A stretch of 61,147 nt of DNA, filler included. It is 13 parts of 13 records of this genome, joined end to end, with 100 filler letters (N's around TTAATTAATTAA, not from the genome) between each part and the next. Parts side by side here need not be neighbours in the genome. Positions count along the whole stretch, not along the records: positions 34,279 to 40,095 come from SRR15195285_3059; positions 40,196 to 43,914 come from SRR15195285_3065; positions 44,015 to 49,171 come from SRR15195285_3067; 10 more parts are not named here. One strand, written 5' to 3'. Under the pieces are notes generated by a model, which was not told where the DNA came from, ran no database searches, and saw nothing but the letters and a program-made list of their open reading frames with translations. The position numbers and the translations under genes were made by a program. Below, piece by piece: positions 34,394-44,625 of this stretch (position 1 is the stretch's first letter; each line of letters starts with the position of its first letter).

Positions 34394-37300
34394 ATGAGGA
34401 CGCAGCTGTGGGTGCTGCTGCTGTTCCTGCTGAGCTTTGATACGCAGGCGGCAGAGCCTGCACACGGTGGCGGGGCTGATGAGGGGGCGTGTGAGCCGGA
34501 TGATCCTTGCTGTATCGACAGACAGGGCGACCAGACATGCGATCCGAGCAACGCGACCTGCTTTGGGAGAGACCCAAAGTTTGCAAACTGTACGGCTGGC
34601 AGACTGTACTGGAAGGACTGGACGTCGCTTGACGCTGGACTCCTGGTGCAGATCACCCGACCGCTGCATAGCTCCGTCGGTCCGGTGAGTTGTGCGAGGG
34701 TCGTCATCACAAGAGCTGCGAATGTCCTTGGCTACATCAGGAAGCGACCAGGACCGTCCGACAGCTGCGGTGATCGCGAGCCACAGATCGACGACATTTT
34801 TGAAGATAGCGGTGGTCGCTCGTGGTTCAATGTCACGGGTACAAATGAGTCACTGAATCTCGACTTTGCGCTGCTCAACGACGTGGACTGGAATCCAAAT
34901 CACGGGTTGAATATGCACATCACGCTGCGACCGAATCAAAATGGCAATTTCAGCAGCAACCACTCCTCTTTCGACTTCAAGATCTTGCCGTGCAAAATGA
35001 CGGGAATGGAGACCGACAAGGCACTTTGGCAGACCGGTATCGTGGACGCAGTGGTGACCTCGTTCGCCTTCATCTGGGTGACTGCGTCGTGGGCATTCTG
35101 CGGAGGAGTACGACAGTGGCGTGGCGCTCGTGAGGAGCGACGGGTTGGCAGCGTGTACAAGACTAGCGAACAAGGGCTCTCCGAAGACCTGCTAGACCGT
35201 CCACTCGGAGGGAATAGCCCTTTGTTGTCTGGGACTCCCCCGGGGCGCGCGGCGCGCGGTTCGCGAGCAGAGACGGCTGCGCTCAAACGGTTTGTTGACG
35301 CCAAAAATGCTGTTGGCGGCTCGACGATCAGAGCTAAGAGGAAGCTTGAGCGCGACCTGAAGGACGACAGCAACAATCAAAGCTTCAAGACAAGTATCCA
35401 GCAGGCGATAAAGATCGCTGAGCGCGATATAGTAGTCGAGTGGCGACGCAAGCAAGGCGAATGGCGCACGAAGTTCATGGCAGAGCACCGGTTCACATGG
35501 CCTTACTACGTGTGGATCGAGCCTGACAAAACAGTTGCTCAAGTGGCTGGTCAGCGCGCACTTGAGTACATGGAGTTCCAGTGGGCGATTATTCGTCTTC
35601 TAATCGGCTTGAGTTTCCCCACGTTGGTACTGCTCGTCATCAACCTGACTGGGCACTGGTGTGAGGACGTTTCGGAAGGCAAAGAAATGACTGAGGATGA
35701 TCAAAGTTGGGGGATTCCGTTCCTTGACGGCCCTAGTGGGGATGACACCAGGCCAGACTACTGCAAGTTGCAGCCCCCTCCCACGCACATCTTTTTTGGC
35801 TATCCAATGTCTAGTCTCCATTGCTAACAACGAGTGCTTGTTGCTATAGTGTGCCGCATGAGTTCAAACAACATTGGCACGGAGAAGGAAGAAGGAAGAT
35901 TCTGGGCTCACTTAGTTGTAGCGTTCTACTTCTCGGTAGCGACATACGCCGTCAGCAAAAGAGACATTTTGGATCGCAGTGTAGACCAGTCACAGTTTCT
36001 CTCCATCTTCAAATGGCTACATCTGGACTTCCTTGTCCCAGACACATTTTGGTGGGTTGCGCATTGCCGAGTAAAAGGCGCGTCGTCTTATGAAAACGAC
36101 GACGACGAAGAGGAGCACGCTGAGGCGGACTCAAATTCACTGATCACCGTGACGATTGCCGAACCCACAGGCTTGGTCCACTCTATCGAGATCGCGCCCA
36201 GCGCTACGGTGCAGGAACTCAAGGAGCAGATGTGTACGAACACTGTGGCTAGCCCACAGCGGCTACAGCTCGCCTGGGACGGGCAGGTACTCAAGGAAGA
36301 GTCTCTATCTTTGAAAGCCTACGACTTGCTCACCGGGTCACATTTGCAAGCAGTCCCGAGGGCGCAATCGACTGCAATCGACAGCAATGGAGATCTAGCG
36401 CCGACACGACCGGCGTCGCCTGCCCTTGTGGAAACCGACCGAGATGAAGATCCAGCATCGCCCACGACTCTGACCAATGTGACACGGCCTGCATCACCCG
36501 ACCTTGCGACTACAACGGCAAAGGACGAGGAAGGCCGCGCAGTGTCACCGCGTGCTGCAGTTCCTACGCAATCACAGCCCGAGGCTCCACTAATTGATGA
36601 TCTCGGGCTCGTTGCTTTGCCTCCTCGGCCGGCTGTACCTGCTGTTGCGATCGGGCAATCGCGTGCAGCTTCGCCAGATCGTGCAGATAGACCACTTCAG
36701 CTTGCCGAAAAGATGCGTGGTGGCGATGAGCCACTACTTTCTGGCGAGCCGCCATCGTCTCCACTGAGCCTCGCGGCTGCCGAGCCGTTCGCTCAGTCAC
36801 CCCGAACCCAAATGGCAGCATCGCGACGCCTCAACCTGCGTTCGACCGGCTTCGAATTAGGTTACAACCCAGACTACAGTCCCGATGCACAGTCCATTCG
36901 AAGGCGTGGCCGTGATGCACTGAACGATCGAAAGATGGTCTCACCTGCGCGCAATGCTTTGTTGATCCGTCGCATATCGACCAAATTTGAGCACGTAGAA
37001 GACCCAACACGAAGAAACGGCTGGGTGCGAAACACGCTGTGGAAGGTGTTCCATCGGCCAGACAAGTGGAAAGTCAGGGACATCCTACTCTACAGGACGG
37101 GAAAGCATGGATTGGCATGTTTTGGCTGCAAAGAGTGCTTTGAGTGCCACGAGGTCACAGCATTCATTGTGTTCGAGTCGCCAGAAATGCCGCTGGACAT
37201 CATCCGAAGGCACCGAGATGCAACACAGAAGGCATGGGTAACAAAGCTGCTACAGCCACTGAAAAACATCTGCAACTTCTGTACATTCGTTTGCTGCCCG

Positions 37301-38965
37301 AATCTGCCGTGCAGGCGCGTGGGGGGCTCGTCGCCACGCTCCAGTGCGATTGCCGCGCCGATCGTGGGGCTTGAAAATATCTTCGGGCGCAACAGGGACA
37401 CAGATAGGCTCGGGATGCCACAGTGGGAGCTGCAACCGGGACCGACGAAGGAGGATCTGATAGCCCGAGCAGACGCAAAAGGTCGATGGAAGAACCTGAA
37501 CCGCCCAGTGTGGCAAAAGGTGATGTCGACGTGGTTCGGAACTGTGGTTCTGGTTGTGCTTAGTGGACTCATGATCTTCTGGTCAACGCTTTCGATATCT
37601 GTCAAGCAAACAGATCTGCAAACAGTCAACCTAAATGAGGACTGGAAATATGACCCTACTACAGGTACTCTGGAGTTGCCTGGCTCATCACCAGGAGCTA
37701 ACTTCTTGGCTAAATACATCCCAACACTGATCAGTTTTTTGGTGATTGTTGGTATCTTGCCAACGCTAATCGATATCGTGGCATACTTTGTGGAGCCACA
37801 TTATCTGATGTCCGACGTGTACCGCTCAGTGCTAAACAAGAATCTGCTACTGTTGCTCATCAGCTCGCTGATCTTGCCGTCGCTCGCACTGACGAGGTTG
37901 CATGATGACATGAGGAAGAACCTCATAACAGTTCAGAAGCTGATTGACGGCGTCGATGAGGCGATCAACCATGACCACAATCAAAACTATGTTTGTCGCG
38001 ACTATGGACCTAGTGATGACGAGTCTCGCTCTGTGTGGACTGCTCTGTGGCGGTTTGTCAGCTTTCCTGCGCACTTATTGTATACTGGCTTCGGCAGCGC
38101 TTTTGGAGGCGAGGCTGCAGGCTACTTCTTCCGCTACATGACGCACACCAGTGTATTGGGAGTGGGCGCTACGTTGTTGCTTATGCCGGACAAGTTTTAT
38201 CGCACACTCTCCTGCCTCTTTCGATGGGAACACGAGCGAAGACTCGTGTGGGAGTTTCCACTGGAGTACAACTACTCGATCTTCTGCTCCACTTTCGCGA
38301 TAACCTTTGTATACGCGATTCCGCATCCGCCCATACTTTTTCTTGGACTCATCTACGCGATATTGCGAGCTTTTGGGGACAAGTAGGTCACACGTCTCAC
38401 TTACAACCTATAATTATGCAGTCGTCACCCAAGTAATCACATGCATTTTGTGGTCTGTGCTTGACCACGTTGTGGATACCGTGTCTTGGCTATCAGGTAC
38501 TCGCTTCTGTTTGCGCACGAGGGCAACCTGGACAGCCATTTCACTGACGCGGACGCTGAGGGCGGAGCGGATGCTCTAGACGGGGAAGGTGTCCATGCGA
38601 GCGCAAGCTATCACGCCAAGGCACTGAACGAGACTGTGCACAATTTTTTGTTGCTCACGATCGTTATCTTCCAAGTTGCGATATATGGATTCCTAAAAAT
38701 TGACCCGAACGGTAGTGAACGAAACTTCGGCTATGCGGAGGGGATGCTGATTTCTGTCTTTGTCAGCCTGGCGGTATACTGTAGGAGAATGTGCGCCATC
38801 AGGAGGACACGGGTGGAGGATGCCATCCCAGAAGCAGTATCGGCTGACCAAATGACCGATGTGCCAGAAATATCTTCCGGCGGTTTCGGGTACTATGTCG
38901 ACATGGAAGGTATCAACGTGAGTGGTAGGATGCAGCTGATGGATGACGGCTTCTCGTTCACGTGA
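34394..38965 (+). CDS. OSCA/TMEM63 (CSC1-like) cation channel with signal peptide, ectodomain and inserted ubiquitin-like domain; three or more exons
   Basis: GQRALEYMEFQ..LLVINLTG, RFWAHLVV, TAFIVFES, PGPTKEDLI..WKNL, FPLEYNY..FVYAIPHPPILFLGLIY..DK/YSLLF. Confidence 0.85.
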
Positions 38966-39044
38966 GACTATCTACACTGACTACAATCATGCAGACAGGT
39001 TTTTACACGCTATTATTTTGTGTCTGAGCTTTCATTCACAGTAC

Positions 39045-39859
39045 TTAAAACTCGCGGCGATCAGCCCGCCCTCCTCCTCTGTCGCCCCATCTGGTGGCCT
39101 CTGGTTGCCCACCCATCTGGCTCATCTCCATAAGCACGTCCTCACACATGTAGTTATCGAAGTGACATTGTTCAGAATCGCACTCCTGGTCGCAGACAGA
39201 GTTGAAGAGCAACGACTCGGTGCAGCCTGTGTTGTAGCACAAAGGCAAGTCATGATCCCACCCGTGGCCAGCTCGGTCATACAACTTGTATTCATCCACA
39301 GTGGTGCATCGCCAATTGTCCCAGTGACACAGCTCATTATCGCACTCTGTATCGCATACCTGGTCGTACAGCTGTTCACGACGACACCCGGTGCCTTCGC
39401 AACCCTCAAAGTCCCAACCGTCTGCGATTTTACACGAGTTGCACAATCAGCTGACACGCCCAATGCAGAAACAAAACGGGAGAGGAACGTCCACACACAG
39501 CCGTGAATATCGAAGAACTTGAAACACAGGGTCATGTCGTAGTCGCAGGCCGCGTGGTTGCAAGGCTCATCACATTGGTCGTTGGTCAGCATCTCCTCTG
39601 TGCAGCCCATCGCAAGGCAAGGCTCCATATCAAAGCCAAACAAGTCCAGCCCATCATGCCCGTCGTAGGCACCCCAATCCTGCTCCTCGCCACTATATGT
39701 CTCATTCTCGGGAAGCTCATCGTCTTCATACTCTACAAACAACTCGTCGACACCGTCGTTGCGGATCCGTGCCTTCACTGCCACTGGCGAAGTGCACAGC
39801 ACCACCAGTGCGGCCGACACCAGCGTCTTCAGAAGCTGGCGACTTTCTGACACAGCCAT
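39045..39859 (-). CDS. Secreted acidic protein with three LNR (Lin-12/Notch) repeats, two exons
   Basis: Signal peptide; three copies of C-x3-GC-x4-L-x3-4-CD-x2-C-x4-C-x2-D-x3-C; one intron joins ORFs 39122-39859 and 39045-39446. Confidence 0.82.
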
Positions 39860-40095
39860 CGTCGTTGTCCGACGCTCCGTCGCCGCGATCCTAGCTCCCC
39901 AGCACGTTGCCGCAGCGACCCCGCGACACGCCCCCTACCACAGGACGCTCACTGACTGCAACTGTGAGCGGGCGGGAGCGGCTCCTCCCCCGCCTTCATC
40001 ATGAGCCACGGCGAGCCCCCACGGCGAGCCCGCCAGCCCCGCCGCCGGCGCCGGCCGCCGGCGGCCACACCCGCTCAGTCTATTCGGGATTTCAT

Positions 40096-40195
40096 NNNNN
40101 NNNNNNNNNNNNNNNNNNNNNNNNNNNNNNNNNNNNNNNTTAATTAATTAANNNNNNNNNNNNNNNNNNNNNNNNNNNNNNNNNNNNNNNNNNNN
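40096..40195. other. Artificial contig linker
   Basis: 44N-TTAATTAATTAA-44N. Confidence 0.99.
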
Positions 40196-40475
40196 TCCAA
40201 CGTAAGACCAAAGGCCTAACATCCGCATCAAGGACTCCCCTTGACCACATATCAATATATCAATATCATATCAATCGGCATGATCATGGCGGCATGCCAT
40301 CCATCCACACTTCCGATACGGACGCGCCCCGCGCGGGCGCACGCGCGTGCGTGAACGGCGGCATGCACGCGCGGCGCGCGCCGGTCTGCTACTATTCATA
40401 TTCGAATAGTAGCCGAGCGTTGAAGGCGAGCGGCACACGGAGCGAGCGAGGGCCCGCCGTGGCCACGCTGCTACG

Positions 40476-42005
40476 ATGATGAATATGGGGCTGCTGTTTT
40501 TGCTCCAGACTGCCCTGGCTGGCGACGCAACACACGTAGAGGCCGCGCCGAACTCTGCGCCGGACGACCCAGGCCGCATTCTGGCGGACGCCAAGAGCGC
40601 ATTCGACTACGCCCACACCCACCTGATGATCAGCCACGATTCGCACCATCATCTTGTCCAGGGTTATTCATGTGCGCCGCGGCCTGTCTATTGCGTTTGC
40701 TGCTCTTGTGGCGCACTGCTCACATTAAGTACACCGGCGGCGTGCAGGTAACTGGGAGCGTGCGACGTTCATGATTGGGCTGTGGAACTATTATGCAGTG
40801 AGCCAGGACCCAGGGGCAAAGGCGTACCTCCAGGGTTGGGCGCAACACTTTGAATACAAGCTTTGCGCCGAGAACAGCACGAAGAAACCACACCATCACC
40901 CTGGTTGCCCTTCCCCTCCGCCGGTGCAGCCACCTTTGCCAAACATGCTGAACAATGACATGCCAGGGCGGCGCCGGTTGCAGGGGGCGTGCGAGCACGA
41001 CAGCCTGCCGTGCATCAACGAGCACAACGCGAATAATCAGCTGTGTGGCGCAACGTATATTGAGATGTACAAGGCCGGCCTCGCGCCATATACTGACGCC
41101 ACGCTTGCGGACACGAAGAGAGTCTTCGCAGCCGAAATGGCGGTGGCATCGTCGACGAACTTCTGGAGCTGGCTGGATGCCTCCTTCATGGCTATGAACA
41201 CCTGGTCGCGGCTCGCAGAGGTGACGGGGGACAGTCAGTACTACGAAAAACAGTGGGCAAACTTCAACGCTGCGATGTTGCTCCCATCGAACGGTGATGG
41301 GCTCTCCAAAGGTCAGCCGCTCAGCCCATCTCAAGTCTTCGCACCCCTTCGTCTGTTTACCGTCTCTCTTTCCGCACCGGCCTCGGCTGACAGGCCATTT
41401 GCTCATACACAGACAAGCTGAGCCTCTAAGCTGGGTATATCACATGCACTCGGACAGGTACTACTTTTGGCTTCTGGAACAACACGCAGCACCTCTTTTA
41501 CCGCGACGACTGCTACGTGCACACACAGATATATTGGGGTCGTGGCAACGGCTGGGCGATGGGTGCCTTGGTTGCCGCGATCCAGAACGGAACGCAAGAC
41601 CCACACCGCAGCAAGTACGTTGAGATATTTAAGCTGCACGCGGCCAAGCTTGCATCGATCCACAGCATTGATGGGCGTGGCATCTACTGGCACTCGTCGC
41701 TGCTCGACCCACTTGCTTTTCCGACGCCTGAGATGACAGCGACAGCAAGTTTCGTCTATGGGCTGGCGTTCGGAATTAATCAGGGCCTGCTCGACCGAGC
41801 AACCTTCTTGCCTGTTGTGGAAGGTGCTTGGAAATTTATGTCGACAGTAGCCTTGCAGCCAAATGGACTGTTTGGATACTGCCAGCCGGTTGGAGGGTCG
41901 CCGCAAAACAACGTGAACGTGACATCGACATCTGACTTCTGCGTAGGTCAGTTTTTGCTTGCGGCGACGCAAATGCATCTTCTGGCCATAGGTACTGGTC
42001 AGTAA
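40476..42005 (+). CDS. Secreted glycoside hydrolase family 105/88 (unsaturated uronyl hydrolase, YteR-like), three exons
   Basis: Signal peptide; NWERATFMIG, WSWLDASFMA, YWGRGNGWAMGAL, EMTATASFVYGLAFGINQGLL and GQFLLAATQM motifs. Confidence 0.9.
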
Positions 42006-42364
42006 AACAATTGTGCGCTGAACACATCTAGACGATATCTATGTGCGAAATTCTGCCGGACAATGACCGCTTCAGGATTAGAAGAGCTCATGCATACACC
42101 AGAGCTCACTTTTGTGACCCCGGCAGTGAACAGCAGTGCAGCTCCACCTGCTCTGCGACCGACTTGACACCGGGCATAAAGGCTTTATGCCCGGTGTCAC
42201 TCCGTGTCAATAATGGCGAAGATTGACGCGCTCTGTGCCTCGAAAGGCTTAACATAGTGACACAGTAATCAATTCGAGAACGAACTAGCCACAAGCTAAC
42301 CACAAACGTCGCAGTCTCGTCCACCATCCTGATCGCTCACTCGGCGGCCGGCTACTTGTATAGT

Positions 42365-43830
42365 TCAGTCCTGCTTTTTCCCTACAACACCCGTCTTGTA
42401 AACTGGTACTGCCAGCGCCGTGCCATCCGTTGGCGCACTGTCCATTATTTCACGCAAAGTCGCCTCGATGTTGTCACGGAGCGCGGTCACGACGTCAACA
42501 CCCCAGAGGCAGGATCCAATTAGCGTGGTCGTCTTGCCATTGACGTTGATTGTATTGATCCCCAGCCACATCGGAGCATTCCAGTTCCAGACGCCAAAGC
42601 CAGACTTTTCGTCGATTGTGCGGATCCCGTAATTGTTCATAAATAGGCATCCTGCGCGCCCCAAAGCACCCCGTTTCAGAAAGACCATCTCCAATCTTGG
42701 CGAAGGGCATATGCAGTAGCTTTCAAATGAAAAAAGACGGAAATGAAATTTGCGTACGGTCGAGGATTGACATGTCGTCGTTGTAGGTTGGAAGGCATTC
42801 GAAGCCCGCTGCGCCACAGTTGAAGATGCCGTACGCCTTTGCCCAGAACGCTTTGCGAGTTGCGGGGCCAAGTTCTCGAATTTCAGTCTTGAGCTCGCCG
42901 TATGCTTTCTGCGCATCCTCTAGCGTGTACTCTGCTGGTACCTGTTGCAGTGGCCCAAAGAGCCAATCTCCGACGAGGTCGCGGGCAGTAGCGTCCGGGA
43001 TGGGATAGTGAGTTGTCTGGAGCGACGCCTGCTGGCAGATCGTAGCTGGCTGTTGTTGCAGCACCTCTCCGCAAGCCTTGACACCAGCATAGGTAAAACA
43101 CGCAAACGGCGAGACGCCCTTTGCCTTCGCGCCAGCATAGAGCTTCGCGGATTCCTCTTTGCTGAAATTCATAGCAACAACGCGAGGGCCGAGACCATTT
43201 CCGCCTGCCCACTTCGCCGCGCGGACAAGATTCCACAAAGTCATGAAAAGCGTGCCCGCAGTCTTGAACGGGATCGTCACCAGAAAAAGCATAAAGCTGC
43301 CCTCGTCGACGATAGGGATACTCTCGGCCTTGAGCTGTGGGCGCTGGTAGACATCGTTGGGCGCGTTGCCGACGTAGCGCGAAAGGAGCTCCTTGACGAA
43401 ATTGAAATTCGCGCTGCCATCCCAGCCGTTGCCTGAGCCAGCATACCAGAGCACGGTGGGCTTGCCCTCCTTACCGTTCCACAGCCGCATCTTCACCTTC
43501 CACTTGCCCGCCTCCGGTGGCGGGAACATGCCCCAGGCAATGAACTGATCGGTATCGGGACCGTTCTTGCTTGGCTGGTTGCAGTCTTTGATGTAGTGGT
43601 TGATGGGGTACGAGCCTTGGCCCTCGTCCCCGACCGGCCAGTCCGCTGGCTCACCCTCAACGACCTCGATATTGATACTTTCCTCTTCAATCCCATCTTC
43701 GCCGCAGAGCCTGACTAGGGTCTTCTCAAGCAGAGCTGCGTCCAGCGGCTTGGTCAGCAGGATCTGGCACGGGTAGTGCATATCTGGCTTGTGGTTGACT
43801 CCTTTTGGTTCCGCAGGATATGTCCCGTAC
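42365..43830 (-). CDS. Hypothetical protein, possibly CoA-dependent acyltransferase/condensation fold; 5'-partial
   Basis: ORFs 42723-43781 and 42365-42916 joined by a GT-AG intron (SILDR/CLFMNNYG). GNGWDG sits where HxxxDG would be; EESAKLYAGAKAKGVS resembles the second lobe. Confidence 0.55.
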
Positions 43831-43914
43831 CTACACGGTTCCAGCAGACGGGCGTGATGGCAGCGCTGCCCAAGGCACTCCTCGGCGATCGATCAGCGTA
43901 CCGCGCGCGGTACG

Positions 43915-44014
43915 NNNNNNNNNNNNNNNNNNNNNNNNNNNNNNNNNNNNNNNNNNNNTTAATTAATTAANNNNNNNNNNNNNNNNNNNNNNNNNNNNNN
44001 NNNNNNNNNNNNNN
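43915..44014. other. Artificial contig linker
   Basis: 44N-TTAATTAATTAA-44N. Confidence 0.99.
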
Positions 44015-44625
44015 CCATTTCTTATCCTTGTCCCCCCTGTATGAATCGGGGTACAGGTCATCGAACAGTACATCTATGATAGACGTATATTGTAGTTCAT
44101 CACCCGATACTAGCTACAGTACAGTAGCTAGTAGGCGATACAGATTACAGCACATGACCTTTTCACATTTCAGGTACAGTACGGAAAATCCGATAGAGGA
44201 ATTCATTGGGGTTTTGAACAGGCATTTCTTGGTACCGTATAAGTGCTGAAATCCACTACACTTGGGGAGGTCATGAAACAATGAATTTCTGATGTTTTCA
44301 CTGCGCTCTCTGCGACTTGCCATTGCCCATACACGTATCAGCTATCACCATTATTCTATTCATAATCGCGGGAGGTAGCTGAGCCGAAGAGCTTTCCATA
44401 TTCTATTGGAATTACGTGTGATTTTGAAAACTGGTACTAGATCTAGCTAGTATGAGCGAAGCATGATTCGGCCAAAAGTATTCGCGCACATCAGGATACA
44501 TGGTAGCAAGCAAGGAGAACACATGCCACCACAGCTTCTATGTCTATACGGTCCAAAAATGCATTCATCCAGCTGGTCAACACGAGACCCCACCTATCTC
44601 GATAGCGCAACCCGCTCTTGATCAC

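Noticed and set aside
3366-42005. Apparent carbohydrate gene cluster (GH32, MFS, GALE, SulP, GH105)
   Set aside because: Each gene is on a different contig, so adjacency comes from concatenation.
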